Below are positions 39,301-51,074 of a DNA stretch of 64,000 bases, in pieces. Numbering within the stretch: position 1 is the stretch's first letter; every line of letters begins with the position of its first letter. Below the pieces are notes generated by a model that saw only the letters and a program-made list of their open reading frames with translations, made no database searches and was not told the DNA's origin. Location: contig OZ024740.1 of the NCBI GenBank assembly GCA_964016885.1, positions 5,394,001-5,458,000 of the forward strand, given 5' to 3'. The position numbers were made by a program, and so were the translations under genes. The DNA comes from Eledone cirrhosa (lineage: Eukaryota).

Positions 39301-41660
39301 GTAGTGGTGTGGTAGTGGTGGATGTATGGTGGTAGTGTTGGTGGTGTTGTTGGTAGTGGTGTGGTGGTGGTGGAGGTATGGTGGTAGTGTTGGTGGTGTT
39401 GTTGGTAGTGGTGTGGTAGTGGTGGAGGTATGGTGGTAGTGTTGGTGGTGTTGTTGTTGTTAGTAGTGGTGTGGTGGTGGTGGAGGTATGGTGGTAGTGT
39501 TGGTGGTGTTGTTGGTAGTGGTGTGGTGGTAGTGTTGGTGGTGTTGTTGGTAGTGGTGTGGTGGTGGTGGAGGTATGGTGGTAGTGTTGGTGGTGTTGTT
39601 GGTAGTGGTGTGGTGGTGGTGGAGGAATGGCGGTAGTGTTGGTGGTGTTGTTGGTAGTGGTGTGGTGGTAGTGTTGGTGGTGTTGTTGGTAGTGGTGTGG
39701 TGGTAGTGTTGGTGGTGTTGTTGGTAGTGGTGTGGTGGTGGTGGATGTATGGTGGTAGTGTTGGTGGTGTTGTTGGTAGTGGTGTGGTGGTAGTGGAGGT
39801 ATGGTGGTAGTGTTGGTGGTGTTGTTGGTAGTGGTGTGGTGGTAGTGGAGGTATGGTGGTAGTGTTGGTGGTGTTCTTGGTAGTGGTGTGGTGGTAGTGG
39901 AGGTATGGTGGTAGTGTTGGTAGTGTTGTTGGTAGTGGTGTGGTGGTGGTGGAGGTATGTTGGTAGTCTTGGTGGTGTTGTTGGTAGTGGTGTGGTAGTG
40001 GTGGAGGTATGGTGGTAGTGTTGGTGGTGTTGTTGGTAGTGGTGGGCTTATGGTGGTAGTGTTGGTGGTGTTGTTGGTAGTGGTGTGGTAGTGGTGGAGG
40101 TATGGTCGTAGTGCTGGTGGTGTTGTTGGTAGTGGTGTGGTGGTGGTGGAGGTATGGTGGTAGTGTTGGTGGTGTTGTTGGTAGTGCTGCGGTGGTAGTG
40201 GAGGTATGGTGGTAGTGTTGGTGGTGTTGTTGGTAGTGGTGTGGTGGTAGTGTTGGTGGTGTTGTTGGTAGTGGTGTGGTGGTGGTGGAAGTATGGTGGT
40301 AGTGTTGGTGATGTTGTTGGTAGTGGTGTGGTGGTAGTGTTGGTGGTGTTGTAGGTAGTGGTGTGGTGGTGGTGGAGGTATGGTGGTAGTGTTGGTGGTG
40401 TTGTTGGTACTGGTGTGGTAGTGGTGGAGGTATGGTGGTAGTGTTGGTGGTGTTGTTGGTAGTGGTGTGGTGGTGGTGGAGGTATGGTGGTAGTGTTGGT
40501 GGTGTTGTTGGTAGTGGTGTGGTAGTGGTGGAGGTATGGTGGTAGTGTTGGTGGTGTTGTTGGTAGTGGTGTGGTGGTGGTGGAGGTATGGTGGTAGTGT
40601 TGGTGGTGTTGTTGGAAGTGGTGTGGTAGTGGTGGAGGTATGGTGGTAGTGTTGGTGGTGTTGTTGGTAGTGGTGTGGTAGTGGTGGAGGTATGGTGGTA
40701 GTGTTGGTGGTGATGTTGGTCGTGGTGTGGTCGTGGTGGAGGTATGGTGGTAGTGTTGGTGGTGTTGTTGGTAGTGGTGTGGTAGTGGTGGAGGTATGGT
40801 GGTAGTGTTGGTGGTGTTGTTGTTGTTGGTAGTGGTGTGGTGGTGGTGGAGGTATGGTGGTAGTGTTGGTGGTGTTGTTGGTAGTGGTGTGGTGGTAGTG
40901 TTGGTGGTGTTGTTGGTAGTGGTGTGGTGGTGGTGGAGGTATGGTGGTAGTGTTGGTGGTGTTGTTGGTAGTGGTGTGGTGGTGGTGGAGGTATGGTGGT
41001 AGTGTTGGTGGTGTTGTAGGTAGTGGTGTGGTGGTGGTGGAGGTATGGTGGTAGTGTTGGTGGTGTTGTTGGTAGTGGTGTGGTGGTAGTGTTGGTGGTG
41101 TTGTTGGTAGTGGTGTGGTAGTGGTGGAGGTATGGTGGTAGTGTTGGTGGTGTTGTTGGTAGTGGTGTGGTAGTGGTGGAGGTATGGTGGTAGTGTTGGT
41201 AGTGTTGTTGGTAGTGGTGTGGTGGTGGTGGAGGTATGGTGGTAGTGTTGGTGGTGTTGTTGATAGTGGTGTGGTAGTGGTGGAGGTATGGTGGTAGTGT
41301 TGGTGGTGTTGTTGGTAGTGGTGTGGTGGTGGTGGAGGTATGGTGGTAGTGTTGGTGGTGTTGTTGGTAGTGGTGTGGTGGTAGTGTTGGTGGTGTTGTT
41401 GGTAGTGGTGTGGTGGTGGTGGAGGTATGGTGGTAGTGTTGGTGGTGTTGTTGGTAGTGGTGTGGTGTTGGTGGAGGTATGGCGGTAGTGTTGGTGGTGT
41501 TGTTGGTAGTGGTGTGGTGGTGGTGGAGGTATGGTGGTAGTGTTGGTGGTGTTGTTGGTAGTGGTGTTGTGGTGGTGGAGGTATGGTGGTAGTGTTGGTG
41601 GTGTTGTTGGTAGTGGTGTGGTGTTGGTGGAGGTATGGCGGTAGTGTTGGTGGTGTTGTT
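27371..41660. repeat. ~14.3 kb satellite, 52-bp unit TGGTGGTAGTGTTGGTGGTGTTGTTGGTAGTGGTGTGGTGGTGGTGGAGGTA
   Basis: Period of 52 read directly (e.g. 27711 to 27763); variant units recur in blocks. Confidence 0.98.
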
Positions 41661-41789
41661 CACAGTAGTGTTGATGTTGATGGTTTAGCAGCATAGTATA
41701 TAAATGTTATTGAGACATGAGTAACATAATAATGATGTCAACAGCAGAAATTAGAGATGAAATGTATGGTTATTTTTGTTGTAGGACAA

Positions 41790-41975
41790 ATAATTGTTTC
41801 TACTTTTTGGCACAAGGCCAGCAATTACCCAGTGCATTACTGGTACTTTATTTTATCGACCCCATAAGGATGAAAGGCAAAGTCAACCTCAGCGAGATTT
41901 GAACTCAGATCGTAAAGGGACGTAACTACGCTGGAAAGCATGTCCGACCCTTTACCGATACTGCCAATTCACCGC
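41790..41975 (-). mobile_element. SINE B copy
   Basis: Reverse complement of the 25751-25937 type. Confidence 0.85.
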
Positions 41976-42124
41976 CCTTGTTGTAGCACAAATAATGTTG
42001 GTTAACTTGTATGGTTGAAGTTACACATAAAATGAGGTTAGAAAAGGGAATGTGCCATTGTGCCAGGCCCAAGGAAGGCCGGCAGGCCAAAGTGCAAAAT
42101 CTCACTGTCACATGTACGTGTTGC

Positions 42125-42280
42125 TGGTTCGAAGTTCCTCTGCGAGAGAGAGATTCTTCAAATCTTCGCGGGGATTTTCTCCCTCAGGGCGCGTCGGGAT
42201 ACATCCTCTTCTACTGGCGCTGATTGGCTGAGCTGAGCCAAATCACGCACAGAGAATGTATGTGAGCCCGCGGAATGTAG
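42125..42280. promoter_or_regulatory. Candidate Pol II promoter (CpG-rich patch, CCAAT box, E2F/CHR-like motif)
   Basis: Unique CpG-rich sequence; CTGATTGGCT (NF-Y consensus) at 42220-42229; minus strand reads TCCCCGCGAAGA-TTTGAA at 42157-42174. Confidence 0.35.
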
Positions 42281-42755
42281 GTCACTACAATGGTGATAAT
42301 ATTGTTATTGTTGATAGGTGAGTTGGTGATGGTTGTGATAATGTTGTTGTTGATGTTAATGGTGATATATTTGGTGGTGGTGGAAGTCATAGTAGTGATG
42401 TTAGTGGTGATGATGATAGTAATGATGATGGGAGTAGTGGTGATCATCAGCATCAGCTTCATCTAAGACAGCAGTCACAAACCATGACTAATAGTTCTAC
42501 TTTAACCTTTTACATACCAAACTGACTGAAACCAACCCTGCTTCTATAACAGAATCTTATTTCTTTTGAAATGTTTATATTTACATAAAAACCTTCCCCT
42601 ATAATTTATTGAAGAACCTTTGTTATGTTACAATCCTAGAATCAGCTGAATAATGAGAAACTTCGTTATATTGCTAAATCTCCTCAAATCTGTCATTATT
42701 TTCCAAATTAATTGAACAGCTTCGGCAATGTCATTTGAAATATAGCAACAAAAGT

Positions 42756-43397
42756 GACTATATACCTTACTATGGTCACAGTCTAATGACTATATACCTT
42801 ACTATGGTCACAGTCTAATGACTATATACCTGACCATGGTCACAGTCTAATGACTATATACCTTACTATGGTCACAGTCTAATGACTATATACCTTACTA
42901 TGGTCACAGTCTAATGACTATATACCTTACTATGGTCACAGTCTAATGACTATATACCTTACTATGGTCACAGTCTAATGACTATATACCTTACTATGGT
43001 CACAGTCTAATGACTATATACATTACTAGTCACAGTCTAATGACTATATACCTTACTATGGTCACAGTCTAATGACTATATACCTGACCATGGTCACAGT
43101 CTAATGACTATACACCTTACTATGGTCACAGTCTAATGACTATATACATTACTATAGTCACAGTCTAATGACTATATACCTTACTATGGTCACAGTCTAA
43201 TGACTATATACCTGACCATGGTCACAGTCTAATGACTATATACCTTACTATGGTCACAGTCTAATGACTATATACCTGACCATAGTCACAGTCTAATGAC
43301 TATATACCTTACTATGGTCACAGTCTAATGACTATATACCTTACTATGGTCACAGTCTAATGACTATATACCTGACCATGGTCACAGTCTAATGACT
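42756..43397. repeat. Minisatellite, 32-bp unit GACTATATACCTTACTATGGTCACAGTCTAAT, ~20 copies
   Basis: Direct tandem repetition. Confidence 0.97.
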
Positions 43398-44049
43398 AAA
43401 ACCAACTTTTTTTTCATTGCTTATTCAGGAGGAATGGCAGTGTCCGAGACCCTTTACTTTTACATCTTCCCAGACAAATAGAAAGGAAGGAGAGAAGAAG
43501 GATGATTTCTCAAAGCTGGAGACCTGGACTTAATGCTTGCAACAAATCAGAATCTAGATTAAAATCAATTATTAGTGAAGTTAGACTGACCTCTCTGATA
43601 GGTTTGTGGTTGAGCTTATAGCAATGGAAACATCCAGCATTCTTAGACCTCAGACCACATCCTTACCCATTGTTATCAGACCAGAATTGTCTGTCTCCAA
43701 GTGCAAGCTCCACAAGGTTGTGTGGCAGTTCCAGCATGTTTCCGTCACCTCCTGGGTAATATCTTCTCCATCCTGTTTACCAGGACTACGAAGCTGACTG
43801 GCCCTTCATTTACATTTATGGTGGTGGCATATGGAATACATTTACTTATGTTTTATTATAACCTCACACAATATTCCTACAACAATTGTAATCCATGATT
43901 TGGTGGAAGCTAAGACTGTCGCAGACTAGAGTCTCTGCAGGAGGAACAGTCAGGCCAATACATAAAAAAAAATAAAGGAACGATGGACTTTCGTCAGATG
44001 GACCGAGGAAACAATGTTTCCATTGTTCTTTCCAATTGCTAATACTATC

Positions 44050-44195
44050 TATCGGTTGCGACTCCAGGTAGAAGAGGCAACATGAAATAATGTGTGTTGC
44101 TCAAGGAAATAACGCATCGCCCAGTCTGGGAATCGAACTCACAACCTCAGGATTGCGAATCCAATTCTCTAACCACTCAGTCACATGCCTTCACA
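44050..44195 (-). mobile_element. SINE A head (diverged)
   Basis: Minus strand gaaggcatgtgactgagtggttagag...gagttcgattccc...ccttgagcaacacac. Confidence 0.75.
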
Positions 44196-44535
44196 TAAAT
44201 AACATTACAAATTGCTCGCAATTCTTTCAGAATAACATTACAAATATAATGTCATTGATAAACATAAATATAAACACATATAACAAATACAACCAACCAT
44301 TGCCAGGGACCTCACAAAAACAACACCAAAATATATGACCAGCGAGAAAGAAAAAGAAGGATGAAAAATCAGATTGACATAATCTGATTAAAAATAGAAA
44401 AACAAACTTTTGTTAAATTATGATACAAATACCATCTTAGTAATTAAAAATAATAATGTTCTTAAATTCTTCAGAAATGTTATATAAATTGATTGACATG
44501 GAGTGTATTTCATTAGATATTTGGTAACGAAAGGT

Positions 44536-44754
44536 TTAACCCTTTAGCGTTTACAATACTCTATATATACTATTGTATTTTCGCAGTAAAAGCTTTATCT
44601 CACATAATTATTTCACATAATATTTGATCTAAAAGATTTTGATATTATTTATTTTGAGATAATGTTGGATGAGCAGCTGGTTATGGCCAGTTTGGACAGA
44701 AAGAGGGGAGAGAATTCTGGCCAGATCCAGCTGGTTTAAATGGTAAAGAGTTAA
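44536..44754. mobile_element. TTAA-flanked MITE (piggyBac-like ends)
   Basis: TTAA-CCCTTTAGC...GGTAAAGAG-TTAA; a diverged second copy spans 44999-45544. Confidence 0.6.
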
Positions 44755-44775
44755 TTAGTGTCAAATATTTTTCAG

Positions 44776-44914
44776 GAAATGAAACAATGCTTAAGTTGTA
44801 CAAAAACTGAAATGAGGAATTTTGAGAGGAAAACTTCTGATCAATTAATACATGCTAAAAGAATACTGGAACGGTATTCTCAGACTTCTAGAATTGAGTC
44901 TTCTACAGTGTCAG
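44776..44914 (+). other. Candidate host exon (139 bp)
   Basis: tatttttcag|GAAATG...GTGTCAG|gtaaat; one open frame (EMKQCLSCTKTEMRNFERK...); no recognised homology. Confidence 0.3.
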
Positions 44915-45067
44915 GTAAATATATAACATATTACTTTGAAGATTATCACAGGTAGTAAATGACAAATTGGTAGAAGTATCAGGTTAAATGCTTCAGTATT
45001 AGCCATTTAGCATTTACATTGCTCTATATATACTATTATATTTTCATGGTAAAGGCTTTACCTTACA

Positions 45068-45398
45068 TAAAGTCAGAAAACAGCACAGTTCCCATGACTT
45101 TCGGAAACATTTTTTCACGCTCAGAGTTGCTGAAGCATGGAACAAACTACCTGCATCAGTTGTTAGCTGTTTAGACACTGCATCCTTTAAAACCTCCATG
45201 CTTCCCGAGATTCGCCAACACTACAGCTAATATTCCCCCTCCATACACACACAGACATGTATATCATGACTCATACACTATTCACTTCCCTGACATTTGT
45301 ATATTATTCTATGTACTATACATGCACCTTTGACGAGTTGTAGTGCACCTGAGCACTTTACACAATAATTTCATTATTATTATTATCATTATTATTAT
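45068..45398 (+). mobile_element. CR1-type LINE 3' end with (ATT)n tail, inserted in the second MITE copy
   Basis: Translates RKHFFTLRVAEAWNKLPASVV...FK, the typical CR1/L2 C-terminus; MITE homology resumes after the tail. Confidence 0.8.
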
Positions 45399-45668
45399 AA
45401 TATTGAATCTATGAGATTTTGATTTTATTTATTATAAGAACAATATCTTAACATCAATATGAGTGGCCGGTTACAGCCAGTTTGAACAGCAAGAGGTGAG
45501 AGAATTCTGGCTGGATATAACCGGCTTAAGTGTTAAAGTGTTAATATCACCAGCACTAGAGAGGTTGTCATGCCCTTGACACAGCTAAAAAGTCTTCTTA
45601 AACATTTTTTGGCATAGTTTCTACAGCTGAACTTTCTTCCTATCAACAACCAATCCAATCTTGGGTTT

Positions 45669-46122
45669 TCTCACTCCTGTTGGAGGAACCCCTCCTTGAT
45701 TGACCTCCAATCCTGGCTCTTCTCACTCCTGTTGGAGGAACCCCTCCTTGATTGACCTCCAATCCTGGCTCTTCTCACTCCTGTTGGAGGAACCCCTCCT
45801 TGATTGACCTCCAATCCTGGCTCTTCTCACTCCTGTTGGAGGAACCCCTCCTTGGTTGACCTCCAATATTGGGTCTTCTCACTCCTGTTGGAGGAACCCC
45901 TCCTTGATTGACCTCCAATCCTGGCTCTTCTCACTCCTGTTGGAGGAACCCCTCCTTGATTGACCTCCAATCCTGGCTCTTCTCACTCCTGTTGGAGGAA
46001 CCCCTCCTTGATTGACCTCCAATCCTGGCTCTTCTCACTCCTGTTGGAGGAACCCCTCCTTGGTTGACCTCCAATATTGGGTCTTCTCACTCCTGTTGGA
46101 GGAACCCCTCCTTGGTTGACCT
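45669..46122. repeat. Minisatellite, 52-bp unit TCTCACTCCTGTTGGAGGAACCCCTCCTTGATTGACCTCCAATCCTGGCTCT, ~9 copies
   Basis: Period 52 (45721 to 45773); begins right after a decayed SINE/RTE tail (tttctacagctg...ttcctatcaacaacc). Confidence 0.95.
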
Positions 46123-46401
46123 CCACAGATTTCTGTTTGGTCATGTCAGGGGTGTAGCCAAACTCACCACACTTGGCCAATTGTGGGCTGGTGAGGCTAT
46201 TTAACCACCTTAGTTCAAATCTTGCCAAAATCAACATTGCTGTTCATCCTTTCAGGGCTGATAAATAAGGAGCAGAATTCTTACAAGAGCCGGACAGGAT
46301 GTTATGTGGTATCTGATATGGCTCTGTGCTTTCGTAGCTAAGATCCTGCTTCCTTCTGACATGAGTTGCAACCAGCAATAGAAAGACAAAAGGAAGTTTA
46401 A

Positions 46402-46459
<58 letters not shown>

Positions 46460-46461
<2 letters not shown>

Positions 46462-46642
46462 CATCATCATCATCATCACCGTTTTACGTCCGTTCTTCCA
46501 CGCTAGCATGGGTTAGACGGGTTGTCCTGTTGTGGGCAGTGTCTGGTCGGCTGACCATGCCTTGCTCATACAGGAACTGATCTGGCTTGATTTCTACAGC
46601 TGGATGCCCTTCCTAACACCAACCTCATTTACAGTGAGTGCT
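46460..46642 (-). mobile_element. RTE/SINE 3' tail
   Basis: Apparently exact reverse complement of 52900-53082. Confidence 0.9.
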
Positions 46643-46649
46643 ATATATA

Positions 46650-47230
46650 TAGGAACCAGTAAGACCCCGACGGCTGAGCTCAAGCCGTTTCGACGGCTAA
46701 TTCTGGACTAAATGAAAATTTATCCTGGTATTTAAATAGCCGAGCTTTTTTCTTTACACTTATTCGCTTTTCATCACTCTCAGTATTTTTTCTTTCATAT
46801 ATATTTTTACCCCTCATTGTACTACCTACCGTTCCGACTTCCTCCCCCTCCTCCTCCCCCTCCCCAGTATCTTCTTTGACCTCATGCCCAACTGTAGCTA
46901 GCAAACTACCAACGCATGATTGGGTCTACTCCACCCCCTCCCCTTTTTCTCCTACTGGCAGGTTTAGCCACCATCTCCCCTACTAATTTGCAATCACAGA
47001 ATTACTACTGACTTTTGACAATCACTTTGACCATATATGGAATTACCCCTTGAGAAGCTCGGCTATTTAAATACCAGGATAAATTTTCATTTAGTCCAGA
47101 ATTAGCCGTCGAAACGGCTTGAGCTCAGCCGTTGGGGTCTTACTGGTTCCTATTACCCACTCTACTACCCTAAGTATTGAGTACTTTGGTGCATTATGGT
47201 CCACCTGGTTCCTTACCACATTTCCTTCAT
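46650..47230 (+). mobile_element. Short hammerhead element with 5' partial inverted repeat
   Basis: 46650-46746 is the reverse complement of ~47054-47153; TA runs on both sides. Confidence 0.85.
47045..47138 (+). ncRNA. Type I hammerhead ribozyme, U3:A8 core variant, extended stem II
   Basis: acccc TTGAGAA gct-cggcta...tagccg-tc GAAA cggct-tgagctc-agccg TT ggggt; the inverted partial copy has GUC at the cleavage site. Confidence 0.8.
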
Positions 47231-47247
47231 TATATATATATATATAT

Positions 47248-49265
47248 ATCATCATCATCATCATTTTACGTCCTCTTTTCCCTGCTTGCAAGGGTGGGAT
47301 GGGTCCTATTCAGCACATCATCTCTCCACTTGTCACGGTCCTTCATCATCTCAACCATGGGCTTCAGCAATCTGAGGTCAGCTCTCATCACCTCTACCCA
47401 TGTTTTTCCTGATCTTCCTCTACTGCATCTTCCTTCAACTGGCATTTCTTGGCACTTCTTCACCCATTGGTCCTCCTCCATGCACATCACATGCCCATAC
47501 CATCTCAGTCTCCTCTCCCGCACACTACAATCTATCCCTTTCAGACACAGTTTCTTTCACAACACATCCATGCTCAGCCATTCACACACATTGACATTGC
47601 ACATCTAATGGAGCATACTTGCCACATTTCTCTCCAGCCATCGCATATCTTCTGCAGTTGCTGCCCATGTCTCACTACCATGCAGCATCACGCATCTCAC
47701 ACAGGCATGAATATAACCGGCCTTTCGTACGCAGGGAGAAACACTTCTTCGTCAGCAGAGGAAGCAACTCCCTAAACTTCTTCCAACCCGTCCTTATTCT
47801 AGATACTATGGCCTTGGAACACCCCCCTCCCATGCTAATCTGATCACCTAGGTACCAGAAGCTATCAACGACTTCTATAGCACCTACCTGCATTTGAAAA
47901 ATGTGTCTATCAATGCGACTTCTACTGTCAAATTCCCCTGTACATCTACTGCATACGTATTTCTCCCTACCTGTTAGTTTGCCTGCTATCGCACTACATC
48001 TCTTGTGTACCCAGGATCTGCATTGTGTGCATTTTATAGAATTTATGCCAGTTCCCTTTCTACATATAGAACATAGCCCTTTCCCTGATGGAATCAGAGT
48101 TTTGTCCTCTTTTCTACTCATCAACACTTTTGTCTTGGTTTACTCACAGTCCTCTTGATTCCAACTGCTTTTTCTATATCCAGAATTTATTCTCCAGCTC
48201 CTCTACTGATTCTGCTATAAGTACCAGATCCTCAGCATAGAGAAGTTCCCATGGGCATCCAGTTTTAAACTCCTCTGTTATGGCTTGGAGGACTATGATG
48301 AACAAGAGGGAGCTGAGGACTGAACCCTGATGTACCCTCACTTTACTGACAGCACCTCTGTTCATAGCTTGCACTGTCCTCACAAGACATTCCTCAAAAC
48401 CCAGCTTCCTTAGGGACCACCAGATCGGGGTACTCTATGACAGATCGGGGTACCCTATCAAAGGCTTCTCTAGGTCAACAAAAGCTAAGTATAGTGGCTT
48501 ATTCTTCTCTAAGAACTTCTCTTGTAATTGTCTCCCTAAGAAGAGGGCATCCATTGTACTTTTCCCAGGCACAAAACCAAACTGCATCTCATCTAGTTTG
48601 ACCCTTTCTCTAATTAGTTGTGCTAATATCCTTTCTGCCACTTTCATAACCTAATCCATCAGTTTTATGCCCCTATAGTTGCTCCTTTCCAGAGCATCCC
48701 CTTTAACTTTGTAGCAATTTATGAGAATATTGCTGCACCAGTCTTTGGGTATGACACCGCCATATATAGCCTGATTGATGATGCGTGCAACCAGTTTAGT
48801 GCCTACGTCCCCTGATGCCTCCAGCATCTCAGCAACTATCCCCAACGGTACAGCGGCCTTACCATTTTTCATTTCCTTAATCGCCTCTTGGACCCTATAT
48901 TTGTCAATCTCAATAGCTGGTCGCTCTGTCGGATCTACTGGAGGTAATTTCTCTCTCTGCTATTTGTTCTCCACATTCATCAGTCTCTCATAATGACATT
49001 TCCAGGCCTCCTTTTTCTGATCATTAGTGACACTAAGTACACTGACATCATTCCGGACACATTTATCTAATGGCCTTATCTACCGTGCTGTTCCACCACC
49101 AGGTCACTCTCTGTCTGGTTGGAGCTCTGCTCCAGCCACAAGTTTCATCAGTAGCCTGCAGTAAGTTGTCACGTGAGAAATTCCAGTTATTATCTATGTC
49201 ATACAACTCTAAATCATCTTCTTTTTCGTCATACACATCTTGAAGGACTTTCCTAAATTTGTATT
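47248..49265 (-). mobile_element. RTE-clade LINE, 5'-truncated and decayed
   Basis: TWWWN, NYRGIKL, QFGFVPGKST, HQGSVLS, LLYAEDL, RRLRWYGHV; ends in a (GAT)n tail. Confidence 0.92.
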
Positions 49266-49542
49266 TTAGTTGTTGTTGTTGTGCGATTGCTTGATGACAG
49301 TCGGGGGGTTCTCGCACATGGTCGCACCAGCCACCCCACTACCGTGCGCAGCCCTAACATGGTTAGTGTTATTGCTGTTTACGCAGTTGTTGCAATTCTC
49401 AATTGTTGTGCTCATAGTTTTTGGCAGTAGTATATATACTAGTTGGATGCCCTTCCTAACACCAGCACCATTTTACAGCATGGGCTGAGTGCTTTTATTC
49501 ATGCCACCAGCTCTAGAGAGATCGTCTTACTGAATTCAGGGG

Positions 49543-49612
<70 letters not shown>

Positions 49613-49644
49613 GCAAATGATCTTACACACATAACGGAATCTTT

Positions 49645-50895
49645 TTGCAGGCTATAACAGAGGAGTTTAAGACCGCCTACCCATGGGAACTTTGGTATGC
49701 GGATAATCTTACACTCATAGCTGAATCTATGGTAGAACTAGAGAAGAAATTCCAAATATGGAAGCAGGGCCTAGAAAGAAGGGGTCTTGAAGTCAATCTG
49801 GCAAAGACTAAGGTCCTTGTAAGTAGAAGAGAAAACAGAACCCTGATCCCCTTATGGAAATGGCCTTGCTCAGTATGTAGGAAAGGTGTAGGTAGAAATT
49901 CCGTCCCATGCCCCAAATGCAAACTATGGGTTCACAAGAGATGGGTACACAGGAAATTTAGCTAAGAATGTAGGCTTTACATGTAGCAGTTACACCGGAA
50001 CAGTAAGCAGCAAATGACCAGAGAAAACAAGCGCTATCAAATTCTGGGAAGGTTCGGTAGAAACAGTTGACAGCTCTGCTACCTGGGTGACCACATTAGC
50101 AGCGGAGGTGGGTGTTTCTGAAGGTACAGTAATCAGAGTTAGAACGGGATGGAAGAAATTCAGGGAGCTACTACCACTGCTAGTTACAAAAGGCTTTTCC
50201 CTGAAAATGAAAGGCAGACTGTATGATATGTGCATATGAACAGCAATGTTGCATGGTAGTGAAACAGGGCACTGTGTGCAGAAGACTTGCATAGATTAGA
50301 AGAAATGAAGCTTGCATGCTCCAATGGATGTGTAATAGTAATATACGTGAATGGCAAAGCATAAACGAATTGAGAGAGAAATTAGGCATAAGAGGAATCA
50401 AATGCTGTGTGCAGTAGAATAGATTACCTTGGTATGGACATGTGATACGTATGAAGGATGGCACCTGTATAAAAAGGTGCAGAGCGCTCAAAGTCGATGG
50501 AAGCCTTGAAGTGGGGAGACCCAAGAAGACTTGGGACAAGGTGATAAAAACTGACCTTGTGCCATTGCACCTGTCAAAGGCAATGACACAGAACTGAGAT
50601 CTCTGGCGCTACGCAGTAATACCCACCCTACCCACACATCTCCCATGAGGACAGGCCGCAGTCTACATCCAGTGAAGCCTCTATTCCACACTGTAAAGTT
50701 GTTGTGTAGGCATCAAGACAATAAGCACCCAATCCACACTGTAAAGTTGTTGTGTAGGCATCAAGACAAAAAGAACCCTGTACTCACTGTAAATGAAGTT
50801 GGTACTAGGAAGGGCATCCAGCTGTAGAGATCAAGCCAAAATATTGGTGGTTCCAATAATGGTTCTTCCCCATACGAATCCATGGCAGGGAGATC
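49645..50895 (+). mobile_element. RTE-clade LINE 3' fragment
   Basis: QAITEEFKT.YPWELWYADNL, Cys finger, WYGHV, GRPKKTW, and a 3' UTR with two 48-bp units and ggaagggcatccagctgtaga. Confidence 0.9.
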
Positions 50896-51074
50896 TATAT
50901 ATAAGCACAGTTAGACTATTTTTTTGTCTATCTTGTTTCTTGTTTATACTCTCAGAATTACAGTTTTTCTCATTTAATTTTAATATATAATATTGCTTCT
51001 CTGAGAGATTTCATTCATTGAGATGTTTTAAGTATTAGAGATTAATTAACATTTAATTTATATATATATATATA

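Noticed and set aside
27484-41694. 2450-, 935- and 548-aa His/Thr/Pro-rich ORFs as mucin- or extensin-like genes
   Set aside because: The unit is 52 bp (not a multiple of 3), all three frames are largely open by composition, and there is no signal peptide or unique domain.
43975-44005. CTGACGAAAGTC on the minus strand as a hammerhead
   Set aside because: No stem II or III and no stem I pairing; at best a collapsed relic.
42756-46122. 32-bp and 52-bp arrays as CRISPR
   Set aside because: Contiguous tandem units without unique spacers, no cas genes, eukaryotic context.
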